In this document: in pieces, positions 27,834 to 40,780 of the stretch
Layout: each line of letters begins with the position of its first letter
Position numbering within the stretch: the first letter of the stretch is position 1
Origin: Octopus vulgaris
Taxonomy: Eukaryota
Length of the DNA: 64,000 bases
NCBI GenBank assembly: GCA_951406725.2
Contig: OX597832.1
Span: forward strand, 8,804,001-8,868,000
Reading direction: 5' to 3'
Position numbers and translations under genes: made by a program
Notes under the pieces: generated by a model
Told to the model about the DNA's origin: nothing
Database searches by the model: none
Seen by the model: the letters and a program-made list of their open reading frames with translations, nothing else

Positions 27834-29153
27834 ATACATACGTATATATACATACATATATAAATACATATGCACACAAACGCACCCCACAGAAACACAA
27901 ATCGCATAACATAGAAATAAGAGTTAAAACATTAACGGCTCCATACACGCCTACACACACACAAACACACACACACACACACACACAATCACTGACTGAA
28001 GAAAGATGAAAACCACTGCCCTAATTTCGTCTTTTAACTACAGACCTGTCATCTGTGTCTGTCCGCATTCTTCAGCTAAAACAAATTCTTCAGCTAAAAC
28101 TCTGTCATCATAAATTTATCGCTGATTTAGCGAAATGCTAATGTATGTGCACGTGCCTGTGCTTCTTTGTGTATCTTTGTGTGTGTGTACGTGTTTGGGT
28201 AAAAGTGTGTATATACATATGTGAGTGAAGCAAAGAGTGTGCGATAAACTGAGAGATAATATGTTGTTCATTAAATAGACCAAACGCATGACTGAATAAT
28301 ATTAGAAACTGAGTTTTCAAATGACTTTATTTCAGTGACTAATGAACGCGATTCGTTGTGATTCTAAACAGAACAATTTCATCTAACAAGCTTATTCAAT
28401 TTAGCTGTCAATTATCGTTGTGTTTCACCAAAGATTGTAAGAAACCTCACACCGGAGAAATAACCAGAAAATGCTTTTATCATCTTATTTTATTTTTTGT
28501 TAAATCGAATAAATATTTCGATCATACCACTAAAACAAACAGTACGTCCTTCATATTTTAACACAGTTTTCCCGCCAACAAAACTTGATTTACCATTTAC
28601 TGTCTGACAGATATACAAATTAAGTTAAGTCTCACTTTATTGACAAGACATCGCCACAGCCATATGTCACTTGTCTGTCTGGCTATGATAGTAATTTCCT
28701 TACAGCTCGATTCCCCAGGGACTAATTCTGTCGTTCTGTTGCTTAGCCAAAATCGTTGGGTATCGATGTTTATGATCAGTATACTGCCAAAACGCCTGCA
28801 ATATTGGCCTTGGAAATGATAGCAGCTCATTCACAAAAAGATAAATGGCACGGAAATTCCTGCCAAAATATTTAGCTAATAACAAATTAAGAAGCGGTTT
28901 GTTCAGTTCCCGATTACTTTCCGAATATTTACAGTTCATGTGTTTCGTTTTACCCTTTCACCCCTTGTCTCCAGCATTCTGTTGGCCTTACTGCGGTACT
29001 TTCTCAGTTTTAACCAACAGAAAAATGGTGGCATAATATTTTTCTTGTTCCAATCGATTTATCACACACGTATTGTTATTTGTTGCTAGGTAACGCGCGC
29101 AAAATTCTCTAGTCTAATATACAATCATATTGTAGTATATTGCCAAGAGATTC

Positions 29154-29156
<3 letters not shown>

Positions 29157-29225
<69 letters not shown>

Positions 29226-29354
29226 TATATGTATGTGTGTGTATGTGTGTGTGTGTATAGTATATTATATGTATATTATATATACATATGTATTTATAAT
29301 ATACATATATATATATATATGTATAAATATGTGTATATATATATATACATATAA

Positions 29355-29397
<43 letters not shown>

Positions 29398-29430
29398 CAT
29401 ATATATATATAAGTATATATATGTGTGCAT
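29157..29430. repeat. (TA)n microsatellite
   Basis: Direct inspection. Confidence 0.95.
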
Positions 29431-29759
29431 ATCAGTATGTAGCTATGGATACATATATATGTCTCCACATGTGTGTGTGTATTTGTATGCTTGAGTGTGT
29501 GTGTGTGTTTGTGTGTGTATTTGTATGTTTGAGTGTGTGTTGGGGTGTGGCTGTCTGCAAAAGTATATGCATAATCTAAGACGCTTATATGGCTACATAC
29601 ATACACATGCATACATTCGTAAATGAATACGAGCGCACAAACACTCAGTCACACGAGTGCACGCACATACAATGAAGTGAATATAAAAGGCAGAAATGAA
29701 AGTGGGAGAAAGAACATGAAAGCAGAATGCTCTGTAAAATATCTTGCATTAGGACAAGA

Positions 29760-29786
29760 GCAACAACAACCACAGGACTACTACTG

Positions 29787-29840
<54 letters not shown>

Positions 29841-29995
29841 TTGCTGCTGCTACCACTGCTGCTGCTTCTGCTGCAACTACTACTGCCACTGCTGCTACTA
29901 CTACTACTACTACTACTACTACAACTACTGATGATGATGACGGTGATGATGATGATGATGATAATGATAGTGGTGGTGATGGTGATGATGTTGAT
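29760..29995. repeat. Compound trinucleotide microsatellite (CTA)/(CTG)/(GAT)
   Basis: Direct inspection. Confidence 0.95.
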
Positions 29996-30784
29996 AACCA
30001 TAACAGCAGCTATAACACAACACTAATTTTCCTTAAATGCTAACGAATAAAAATTTCCAACCCCCTTATTTATCATATAAAGTAATAAATATCGCATATT
30101 CTATTACAGTTTTTGTCAGCGAAATAAGGTCCAAAATATAGGAAGAAATGTAATCATACGGTCAATAAAAGAAGAGCCATACATTTTCCTATTTTTTCAT
30201 ACTCAGACTCTTTTAATTCACTTAACTTTCTCCTCATTTGGCAGATATGTAAACGGTGGTGTTGGTGTTAGCTTTGGTGTTATTGATGGTAGTAGCAGTG
30301 GTTAGCATATAAAGACATGACAGATGAGATAGACAACGTTAGTGGCGATAGAAAAGCACTGTTAGAGAGAACAAGTCTATATGCTTTTTCAATTGCGAAG
30401 TGTTAGTCGTTATATCCTTACTGATGCAGCGAAACTATTTGCCCGTAATAGATTATTTTTTGTCGTACCGATGCCAATATTCATAACTAACCTAAGGTAC
30501 ACATAATATATTTTTAGTAGGCGTTTTGCGTTCTGAGATCACATCTGGCCTTGGTCAAATGTGCCTGTTACTATTTCTTTATGTATGCACATTTTACTGT
30601 ATCTAGGTCATACATACTTAGACAAATTGTCTTAGCGTCTAACAAACAAACAATAACCTCTTTTTACTTTTGAATGTTGGTAAGAACAAAGTATTATATA
30701 ACCAATTGCAGCGTGGAAGGTGTTTATAAGCCATTTAAGAAAAACACAAAAATCCGTTAGTTTCACTTCAACATATAAATTTAA

Positions 30785-30835
30785 TTTGCCAAAGTATTTT
30801 CGTCGCTTTGAAACCGCGACCTGTTCACTGCCAAA
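30785..30835 (-). ncRNA. Hammerhead-like motif with swapped G3-C8 core (GUGAACA)
   Basis: TTTGGCA-GTGAACA-g-GTCGC-ggtttcaaa-GCGAC-GAAA-ATACT-T-TGGCAAA: stem I 6/7 bp, stem II 5 bp, near-palindromic stem III. Confidence 0.55.
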
Positions 30836-31918
30836 ATTCCGTGCTGCATCTATATATGCCGTACTTTAAAAATATACTGCCTATTGCTGTTCCACTTACA
30901 TAATCTACATAATGTACAATTAAAAGTGCAGAATCCTCTCTGTCATTTATGATGAAACGGCTATATTTTCCAGATTATTATTCTCCTAACATAATGCAAT
31001 GTTGGTGTCAAATTCAATATAAAGAAATGACGACATCTGAATAATTTTGAAGAAGGGCTTTGACTGCAGAAGTCATGTTAGCCATTGAGTAGGGCATACA
31101 AGGTTTAAGGAGCGTGGTGAAGATACTTTAATTTCTTCATCATTTTGTGATAAACACATGAGCTTAAATTTCCCCGATGTACTATATAAGTTTCCCCAAT
31201 TCATTCACGTAATCAAGAGCATTTTCGATAAATTAAGATTTTTGAATGGATTTGGCTACAATAACTTGAGTAATATGAGCGTTGTAGTGCACAACATGGG
31301 CCAGAGGCTGAATCTTCGTTTTTTTCTGATTGAAAAACCAAGATGTTTACCTGCTATATTAGCAGCACCATTATATGTCTGGCATCGAAAACCAGCTTTT
31401 CAATCTCATCAAACATCGACGCCGACCTGTGCATGTATATATATATATACGTGTGTATGTGTGTGTGTGTGTGTGTGCGTGCGTTGTGTGTGTGTGTGTG
31501 GATGTGTGTGTATTATGTATGTATGTTTGTCGAAGTATACACGCACACTTTTCATCACCATTTCTTGTTTTTCTTGTTTCTGTTCAAGTTGTTCTTGAAA
31601 CTGTTGCCATAGTTCACGTTCTTATTTCCCTTTTCTTTGATGTCCTTCATTTTGCTTTTATCTCTGTAGGATATTCGTTGACAAGTTTCTTTCATTTACT
31701 TTGTTCATTTCTTTTCAATTTATTTAAGGTACATCCTTGTAGTTTTTCCTTGTCTTTCTCAGAAACAGAATATTTATTACGATTTAACTCTACAACAAAT
31801 GTATCAAATTGCGATCTCCGTTCTATATTAATATATATTTATGATAAATTCTTAAAATGTCCTAAATGTAAATTAATTCCAAGAAAAAAGTAATGATAAT
31901 ATATATATATATATATAT

Positions 31919-33735
31919 GGTCCAATAGTATAGAAGTCGTAGACTGGTTTAAAGCTATTAAGAATAAGAAAAAAGCGAGGTTTACACAATTCGATATTGT
32001 TGATTTTTATGCCTCTATCTCTAAAGAACTGCTAGATAAAGCCCTAATCTTCGCTAGTGACTTCATAGAAATTAGTACCAATGATAAGGATATAATCTTC
32101 CATGCTAGAAAGACATTACTTTTCAGTGAGAATGCAAAGTGGGTAAAAAACACCGACACGGAGGGCGCTTTCGATGTGAGCATGGGTTCATATGATGGGG
32201 CAGGCATCTGTGATCTAATTGGACTCTTTCTCCTAGATACCTTCGGTAAGACATTCCCTAACGTACATTTCGCCATCTACAAAGATGATGCCCTCGCCTT
32301 AACAGCTTATACAAATGGACCAGCACAAGATCGTTTTAGGAAGGATATTATCCAGTTAATGAAACACTTCGGACTTAGTATAACTAGACACTAACCTGAC
32401 GGTTGTCAATTTCTTAGACGTTTCCTTAGATCTTAATAATAATATTTATAAGCCTTATAGGAAGCCCAATGATAGACTAAGTTATATTAATGTAGGTTCA
32501 TGCCATCCCCCTATAGTATTCAAAAATTTAGTTAAAAATATTAGTAAGAGGATTTCTAGCCTCTCATCTAATGAGGACATCTTCAATAGCGTTGCCCCAG
32601 TTTATAATAAAGCTTTAAAAGATAGTGGTTTTAGCGAAAAAATAAAATATACACCTATCACCAGCCCAACAATAAGGAAAAGGAATAATAGAAATAGGAA
32701 GGTCATCTGGTTTTACGCCCCCTTACTCACCCGAGGTGGCCTTCAATATAGGCAAATATTTCCTAGCACTGATAGATAGACATTTTCCAGTTAACCATGC
32801 TTATAGGAAACTCTTCAATAGACACAATTTAAAAATTAGTTTTAGTTCAACTACCAATTTTAAAAACATAATCAATCATAACATACAAAAAACACAAGAA
32901 GAAAACAGCTGTTCATGCAGGAATAAAGAATTGTGCCCGCTAAATGGAGCTTGCATGTCCAAGACCATCATATATGAAGCTACCGTAAACTCTATAACCA
33001 CTAAAGACACCGTTTCGACGAAGAAATACGTGGGCCTGACAGAGGGTAATTTCAAGGCCAGGTTCAATAACCACACTTTGAGCTTTAGGCACTGGAACAA
33101 AAGAAAAGCGACACAATTATCCAATCATATTTGGTCTTTAAGAGATAAAGGTGTCGATTATAACATACAATGGAAGATTTTGGCCAGATGTAAGCCCTAT
33201 ACTAACGGCAGCGGAAGGTGCGGTTTATGCGACATGGAGAGATGGCTTATCTGGAAAAGCAGCTTAGACCCTACCACATGTCTAAATACAAGGACAGAAC
33301 TTTTCGGATCATGCCCACATGTGACTAAATTTCTGTTACGTTTTTGGTCCCCTAAAGAAAACGGATAGAACATGCTTTCTGTGTTATGTCCCAAGAAGAT
33401 TTTATATATTTTTATATATTTTTATATATTTTTATATATTTTTATGTATTTTTATATAATTTTTATGACGAAAAATGCGAGCGATGTATAAGTACGCAGG
33501 CAAAGCAGAGTTATAACAGAGTAATTTCCCTTCATTTTTAACGGTATATTTTTTCATAACGTTTTCAAATAGCCAGATAACCGATGAGATGGTGTTGTGG
33601 ATTTCCACTTCGGCATCTGAAACTCAGAGTTTTATCTTGACTACCGAGTAATGTAACATATTGTATAGATAAATTTCCTCTATTTACATAATATTGAGGT
33701 CTCTTTCTTTCTTTTGTTATCTTACCGTTTTATCA

Positions 33736-33737
<2 letters not shown>
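31919..33737 (+). mobile_element. 5'-truncated Penelope-like retroelement (RT + C-terminal GIY-YIG), possibly Hydra-type, inserted in (TA)n
   Basis: RT motifs FDIVDFYASIS, FDVSMGSYDGA, IYKDDAL, NFLDVSL, YRKPND..SCHP. Linker CSCRNKELCPLNGAC, GIY-YIG IIYEA..YVGLTEG..FKARFNNH, CGLC..E, stop at 33368. Frameshifts near 32390 and 32715. (TA)n on both flanks; HHR in the 3' UTR. Confidence 0.92.
33575..33637 (+). ncRNA. Type I hammerhead ribozyme, variant core CCGAUGA
   Basis: AGATAA-CCGATGA-GATG..GTGGatttCCAC..CATC-t-GAAA-CTCAGAG-TT-TTATCT: 6-bp stem I, extended stem II, GUU triplet. Confidence 0.75.
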
Positions 33738-33771
<34 letters not shown>

Positions 33772-33791
33772 ACTATATATATATATCATTA

Positions 33792-34525
33792 TAATCATCA
33801 TCATTATCATTTAACTTCCATTGTCCACGCTGGCATAGGTTGGACAGTTTGACCGGGGCTGGCAAGCTCGAGGGCTGCACCAGACTCCACTCTGATTTGG
33901 CATGGCTTTCTGTGACTGGATGCCCTTCTTAACGCCAACAACTCCGAGAGTATAATGGGTGCATTTATGTGCCACCGGCATGGGTGTCATTTACATAACA
34001 CTAGTATCTTCCACGTTTGCGAGTTTGCTTGGCCTGAGCGATTTTCTCAAACACGACATTATGCCAAATGTCTCGGATATTACTTCCTTGAGGCCCAACG
34101 CTCGAAATAAACTCGGCCACTTTGCATCCATGAAGCCCAACATTCGAAAGGTGCTCTTTACATGCCACCAGCACAGGTTCCAGTTACGTGACACCAACAT
34201 CGGCTATGAATACAATTTCACTTAGTTTGTCAGGTCTTCTCAAGTACAGCATATCCCACGAAAGTCTTGATCACTAATCATTGTCATTGTGAGGCTCACA
34301 TTTCGAAGATCATGCTTCACCATTTCATCCCATGTCTTTCCGAGTATACCTGTACCACAGGTTCCTTCCATTGTTGGAGATCGGCATTTCTTTACACAGT
34401 TGTCCTCGTCCATAGGCATCACATGACCATACTCGCGCAGTCGTCTCTGTTGCACACCAAATCTGATGCCTCTTATGCCTAACTTTTCCCTCGAGATTCT
34501 GACACATAGCTGGTCTGTTTTCATT
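33792..34525 (-). mobile_element. RTE-clade LINE, 3' fragment
   Basis: REKLGIRGIRFGVQQRRLREYGHVMPMDEDNCVKKC..GKTWDEMVKHDLR, then a 3' UTR with gttggcgttaagaagggcatcca and a (TGA)n tail. Confidence 0.85.
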
Positions 34526-34589
34526 TTGTAAAACTCTGAGTGATGGTATATACCGACGCGTGGTTTGGTTTAAAAAACAAAAATCTGCA

Positions 34590-35720
34590 AATCCTATATA
34601 TATCTCTGCAAAAGATTAGTTCTTCGATATAATATTAGATTTCTTGTTTGGATGGGTGTTAGAATTACCCAGCTTTCCCATGGCTTTTCTGATACTCTCT
34701 TCTACTAGTGACACTGCGATGGTTTGTTCAAGCTTAAGGGGAATAACCAACTTCCGTCTTTGTGGACAAACTCATTATATTTGCCTGCCAGAAACATTAG
34801 CTTTTATTTATGAGTAATCTGAAGTTTTCCCATCTTTGTTAGAAGAAGATATGTGATGGCAGTGGAAAAGTGCCATTGTATAACCCCATGTGTTATAAGT
34901 ATTGAAATAGATGGTATGTCTCTTTATTTCATACGAAGTTCAATTTCATGATAGATATTAGCTGCTCGTTCAGTTTATCTCTGTTATATTCTGCTTTGTT
35001 TGAGTCACTCTTATACACTTTGATATTATATCTATAGTAAAACTTTTACTACGCATTTCTCCCAGTATTTTTGTTAGTTCTGTTATCGCTGGTTCTCTTA
35101 TTTAATCTTCCATACAATTTTCTAAAGTTTTCTACAAATATTCCAGAATATAAAAAGAAGTATTCAAGTCTCTCTAAAGCAGTGTTCTCCGTTGTCTCTT
35201 TCCTATTGGTTGTTCTTAATCTCGATCTTCATATTTTTCTGAGAATCCACAATTCCCTTGATGTGAAATAATTTTGTTTTTCCATCATTTTAATATTTCA
35301 GTTTACGTCACTCAGTATTGTTAGATCTTTCCTTGTTCTATCTCTCATTCGTTTCGTCCTGTTATTTCCATATTGATCTTTCGCGTTTGTGTGATTGTTT
35401 CTTTGATCTCTCAAGAGTGCATCCGTATTGAATTGATATTACGACAACAACTGTGTAAATGAATTGGTTTACAGTTTGAATTCTGTCGTTTTCTCTTTCT
35501 AAAATCTCCCCTGGTGTCATGTCGTAATGTTGTAATTGTCAATACTGTTTGGAAACAACCTGTTTAATCTTATTTTGGAGAAGAGTCTATTGTGTTTTAT
35601 ACATGCTATCGAATTTGTTAAAATTACTTACTTGATCATCTTACCACACTTGTATATCATTTGTACAGGCAGTATATTCGTTTCGTGTAGTAACAGGATT
35701 TAGGATCTCCAGATACTTAA
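34590..35720 (-). mobile_element. Very old LINE-like remnant (possibly R4-like)
   Basis: Strand-biased composition and sparse motif remnants (KYLEIL at ~35710). Weak. Confidence 0.3.
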
Positions 35721-35804
35721 TCTTTGGTAAATCAATGAAGTGTTCATGCTGCATATATTGTCTTTAATAGTATTTACGTGTAAAGGTATTGACGTGTCAC
35801 CGTT

Positions 35805-36027
<223 letters not shown>

Positions 36028-37055
36028 ACCGGGAGCCTCAATATATCAGATGTGCAAGAAGTGGATTACTTGCATACATTATCTATCTGTATATATTTGA
36101 TATTAACTCGAACAAAATGCATTTGAGGGCAGTGCTCATCAATGGATCGCTGGGCAAAATTCAGGATGCAAATTTCAAAGAAATTTCTACGATACATAGC
36201 TGCATCATAGTCATAATGTGGGTTTAATAATCTAGCTGTCTAGTTCTTCTATTTGATAATCGATCACCGTCTACCTGATCCTAAAATAATCTGATAGACT
36301 ATGTTTTCACATCCATGTCACATTTTGGGACTTATATATGATTGGCATGTGATGTGGCGTTCGAATTTTTATGACGATAATGTATGTTATGGAGGAGAAG
36401 ATGATTCTATTTCTAGTAAGAAATCAAGTAGTTTTGCTTAAAGTGCGTCTATATAAATAAATGAAAGTTGAACTAATACTAGTTCCTCAGTTACTTCTCA
36501 TTTGTCTTTCATGTTGTTCACACGGTATGCATTACTTACAAAATTGGTTGCCAAACACTACTAAATCATCCATTCCTCTGTGCAATGAAGGGCAAGTATC
36601 ATTAAAGAAAACTTGGTGGACCAGCAATGTGAATTTGCACACACAGACGTAATTTGCTGATTACTTAACTGAGTTTATTAATCTCATCTAGTTTGGAAGA
36701 ATATACATACATAAACAACGTAACTTCTTTGATACATTGTATCATCAAATGATTGAAACCAAGCTGCGTTTAGTGTTGGAGAATCCAAATGATACTTCTT
36801 CAATCTTCTCACAATTGTAAAATGGCTATTCATAAAATAATAATATCTAGAGGCATTGAAACTGCAAATTGATTTCCCAAAATATGAAACATTTGCAATG
36901 AAAAGAATGTCACCAAAAGAAATGAAATCGAACCGCTGAGGAACACACTTCTGTGTTGGAGAGTATACGTATGTGCGTGAGCGTGTGCATGCATCTTTAT
37001 GCGTTTACTTGTTTCAATAATTCAAATGTGGCTACGGTGTTTCAACATGGCCAGA

Positions 37056-37165
37056 GGCACATGGCTTACTAGTGGTGTGCTGGACTCATGATCATAAGAT
37101 TGTGGCTTCGATTCCTTGACTGGGTGACACATTATGCAAAACATTTCACTTCACGTCGCTCCACG
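37056..37165 (+). mobile_element. tRNA-like SINE head fragment
   Basis: ggcacatggcttactagtgg (A-box-like), ggcttcgattcc (B-box-like), caaaacatttcacttcacg. Confidence 0.55.
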
Positions 37166-37449
37166 TGAGGAATATATACACCACGCAACTGGCAAACCGG
37201 CACTTGTGAGTCGGTGTAAATCGAGATGGTAAGTTTACCTATTTTTACTTATACTGAAGTACCGCGTTGAAGGTTTTAGTTGAAAGATACATTCCAGTAA
37301 TTATTCATTAAAAGTCTAGTAGATATTCTGTCAGTTCATTACTGAACCGTAAAGTTAAAGAGACGTTAATAAAATAAAACAGTGGAAAGGTACAATCATA
37401 GAAATTATAAGGCCTCAAAAATGGGTTAGTGAAGTGGTAATAATTCTTT

Positions 37450-37760
37450 GACAGCCGCTTTTTCTATCTCATTCCAGCGGGATGGCAAGGACCCGATTCC
37501 TGATGACACAAATAAGGCTGCCCAGCATCAATACACTACAAACGGGTTTGGCCACATTATCCAACCGTCTGCATTGGGCCTATGCCTTCCTCAAAGATGT
37601 GCGGATAACCTTCCACGTGCACACGCAGTCAGTACAACCGGTGTGTTCCTTCTTGCGGGCCACAGCTTCCATAGACTCCGCTGCAGGTGTCCATGCAAGG
37701 TTTTACAGCGTGTGTCCACAGAGTATTGATCAGGAATCACGAGGTGGACATCTTTATACT
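37450..37760 (+). mobile_element. Possible decayed RTE-like LINE 3' remnant
   Basis: GC-richer island with RLPSINTL and FGHII fragments resembling the RTE C-terminus. Confidence 0.35.
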
Positions 37761-37989
37761 AGTTCATCATGATACAGGCAGCTCTTTTCGAACATTCAGA
37801 TGACATCCAGTTCACCATATCATCTAACGTTTTCTCAACCACTATAGTCAACTTTAATCACTTCACGCCATTGACAGTCCACTGATATATCAAGCTCTTC
37901 TGGAAAAAAAAAGCAAGAAGACCCAAATATGTATCCCTAAAAAACTGCATACAAGGTCACACAGGCGTGTGTGTATGTATGTATGTGTC

Positions 37990-38070
<81 letters not shown>

Positions 38071-38445
38071 TACCGTCAGAAATTAATTAGCACCCTTGAT
38101 TTGCTCTTCACTCAAGGTATTTGCTGTCACCTAGTGGCCATATCTCGAACTATTGCTTTGTTGCGAGTTCACTGTTGCGCAGAACGATGATGTAACTTTG
38201 TTTGCAGAGCGGTTTGAGAGTCTACAGCCTAATGATGTTGACATAGCAGTGCAACAACAACTTGGAGTGCGGATGCAGACAAATCTCCCTTTGTTTAATA
38301 AATATAGGTAGCGCCTCGCAAGGACCGAAATCACACCGTACTAAGTTTTCTCATCGCGTAAGATGTTTTGAACAGCTTGTAGGTTAATTGATTTGTGTAT
38401 TTGCAAGATTTTTTTTTCCTCACAAATTCTCCTACACTCTGCTTG

Positions 38446-38461
38446 GTGACGTCACTTCCGG
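38446..38461 (-). promoter_or_regulatory. ETS-CRE composite motif CCGGAAGTGACGTCAC; candidate transposase promoter
   Basis: Perfect overlapping ETS (CCGGAAGT) and palindromic CRE (TGACGTCA) sites 160 bp upstream of the ATG and just before a predicted 5' UTR intron. Confidence 0.6.
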
Positions 38462-38620
38462 TTCACAAAACTTTCTGTTATACATCAAATAAGGTGAGAA
38501 ATTCTGCTTTCTTTCTTTTTTGTTTAATGAATAATAACTCATAGCAGTTTTGTTATAGCATAACATTATTCAAATGAATAGTTTTAATGAAAATAACTGG
38601 TTTTTATCGTTCATTCCTAG

Positions 38621-39618
38621 ATGGGCCCAAGACCTCGCATGACCTTGGAGAGACGGTACAAGGCTCTCTCGTGGCGTGGGAAGCTGTCGGAGGTTGCAAT
38701 AGCCAGAAAACTTGGTGTAGCCAGGCGCACAATTCAGTGCTTATTTAAGAAATACGAGGAAACCGGATCAGCAGCTGACAAAAAGGGTAGGGGACGGAAG
38801 AGGCTGACGACCCAGCGGGAGGACCGGATGCTGATCCAAAAGTCACTGTACAACCGAAGGGTAACGAGCCGGCAACTGGCGGAGGAGATGCAAAAGATGA
38901 CAGGGAAGCAGTTGTCTACAACCACCGTCAAGACCAGATTACTGGAAGCTGGTCTAAAATCCTGTAGGGCCACCCGTAAGCCGCTCCTTACAGCCCAAAA
39001 CCGGAAGAGGCGGCTGCTCTGGGCCCGTGCCCACAAGATATGGACCGTGCAGCAGTGGCGGACAGTGATGTTCACTGACGAGTCGCGATTCAGTCTCGTC
39101 AGTGACAAGCCTGTCCATATGCGACGCCGCAGGGGTGAGCGCTTCAACAAAGATTGCATTGCTCCCACCATGAAGCAGGGTGGGAGTGGTCTGATGGTGT
39201 GAGGGGCGTTCAGCTACAGTGGTGTTGGGCGGCTCTATGCCGTCGAAGGCAACATCAACGCAGCAAAGTACGTTGAGATAGTACGGGATACCTCTTTGGT
39301 GGCGAGGAGTACTGCTCCAGCAGGACAACGCGCCTTCCCACACAGCCAAGCTCACAACCGGTTTCTTCAAGGACCATGGGGTGGCGGTCATGGACTGGCC
39401 TGGCCAGTCACCTGACCTGAACCCTATTGAGAACCTCTGGAGTCGATTGGGTAGGGATTTGAATGTGCAACAATACAGGAACCGACACGAGCTGTTTGGG
39501 GCACTTCTTGCTGCATGGGGGGGCCATCCCTGCACAGTACCTGCAGGCACTCATAGACAGCATGCCGACCCGCGTAGCAGCTGTCATTGCTGCCAAAGGA
39601 GGAGCAACAAGATATTGA
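38621..39618 (+). pseudogene. Tc1 transposase, disrupted
   Basis: HTH region and GRGRKR linker, VMFTDESRF, QQDNAPSH, WPGQSPDLNPIENLW (34 residues between D and E), end GGATRY*. TGG>TGA at 39200-39202 and frameshifts near 39290-39310 and 39520. Confidence 0.95.
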
Positions 39619-39840
39619 CTAAATTTCACGATTAATAACAATTATGTGGTGTGCTGGGATATGTTTTAATTAAATTTTTGATTAAAAACGAGTTCGTTTC
39701 TGATAATAAGTTAATTAAATTAAGAAAATGTAAGAAAATGTAGAAATTTGAGAAGTGCTAATTAATTTCCGACACAAGTGTATATATATATCCATACATA
39801 CACACTCGCACACGCACACACCTACACACGCACATACATT

Positions 39841-39978
39841 TTAGGTTCCGGATTCAGTCACACTCGTGACAAGTTTGCCACATGTCTTCTCCTGAAGCCT
39901 CGTGGCGACCAAAGACTTGGGTGTTGACTTGGTAGACGGAAACTGAAAGAAGCCTGTCGTATACACACACACGCACAC

Positions 39979-40037
<59 letters not shown>

Positions 40038-40240
40038 TACTTGTGTGTCTGTGTCTCTCCTCCCACCATCGTTTGACAACAGATGTTGGTTGGTTTACGC
40101 ACCCGTTCGACGAAATAGACTGATAGAATAAGAACTAGTTTTACACAAACTAAGTTATGGAATCGATTTGTTAAACTAGAAACGGTGCTCTAGCATGGCC
40201 GCATCAAATGACTGTAAAAAGTGAGAGAACAAATAAATGA
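39841..40240 (+). mobile_element. SINE family A with internal (TA)n
   Basis: ggtagacggaaactgaaagaagcc..., tttgacaacagatgttgg, gatagaataag, agcatggccgca, aaatgactg. Confidence 0.8.
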
Positions 40241-40252
40241 ATAAATAAGTAA

Positions 40253-40299
<47 letters not shown>

Positions 40300-40394
40300 T
40301 ATATATATATACATATAAATATATATATATATATGTGTATATATATATATAGATATATATATATAGATAGATATATATAAATATATATATATAT

Positions 40395-40447
<53 letters not shown>

Positions 40448-40459
40448 TATATATACATA

Positions 40460-40625
40460 AGCAGGATGGTTTGGCAAACAGACGTTGTCTAATAATTTCA
40501 GTCAGCAAGCAAGTTTGCCGTTGGTAGAACCGAGAAACACTTGCTAAATATGCCATGCGGTGATACAGAACCGGAAACCAGGTGGTTGAAAAGTAAACTT
40601 CTGGAACTTACAGCTATGCTTGCGC
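40460..40625 (-). mobile_element. SINE family A, 5' head (degenerate)
   Basis: aacacttgc...gaaccggaaacc...acagctatgcttgcgc matches 17257-17344. Confidence 0.6.
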
Positions 40626-40688
40626 ATGGACGTGGGTAGGTAGATATATATGTATGTATGTGACAGTATGTAGAAGTATGTTTGTATA

Positions 40689-40733
<45 letters not shown>

Positions 40734-40747
40734 AATATGCATGTATA

Positions 40748-40780
<33 letters not shown>

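Larger units (their letters stand above)
38068..39780 (+). mobile_element. Near-complete Tc1 transposon (DD34E), 1713 bp
   Basis: Imperfect TIRs CACTACCGTCAGAAATTAATTAGCAC / GTGCTAATTAATTTCCGACACAAGTG, TA on both sides, internal transposase. Confidence 0.95.

Noticed and set aside
38734-39641. Minus-strand ORFs over the Tc1
   Set aside because: Shadow ORFs of a GC-rich transposase.
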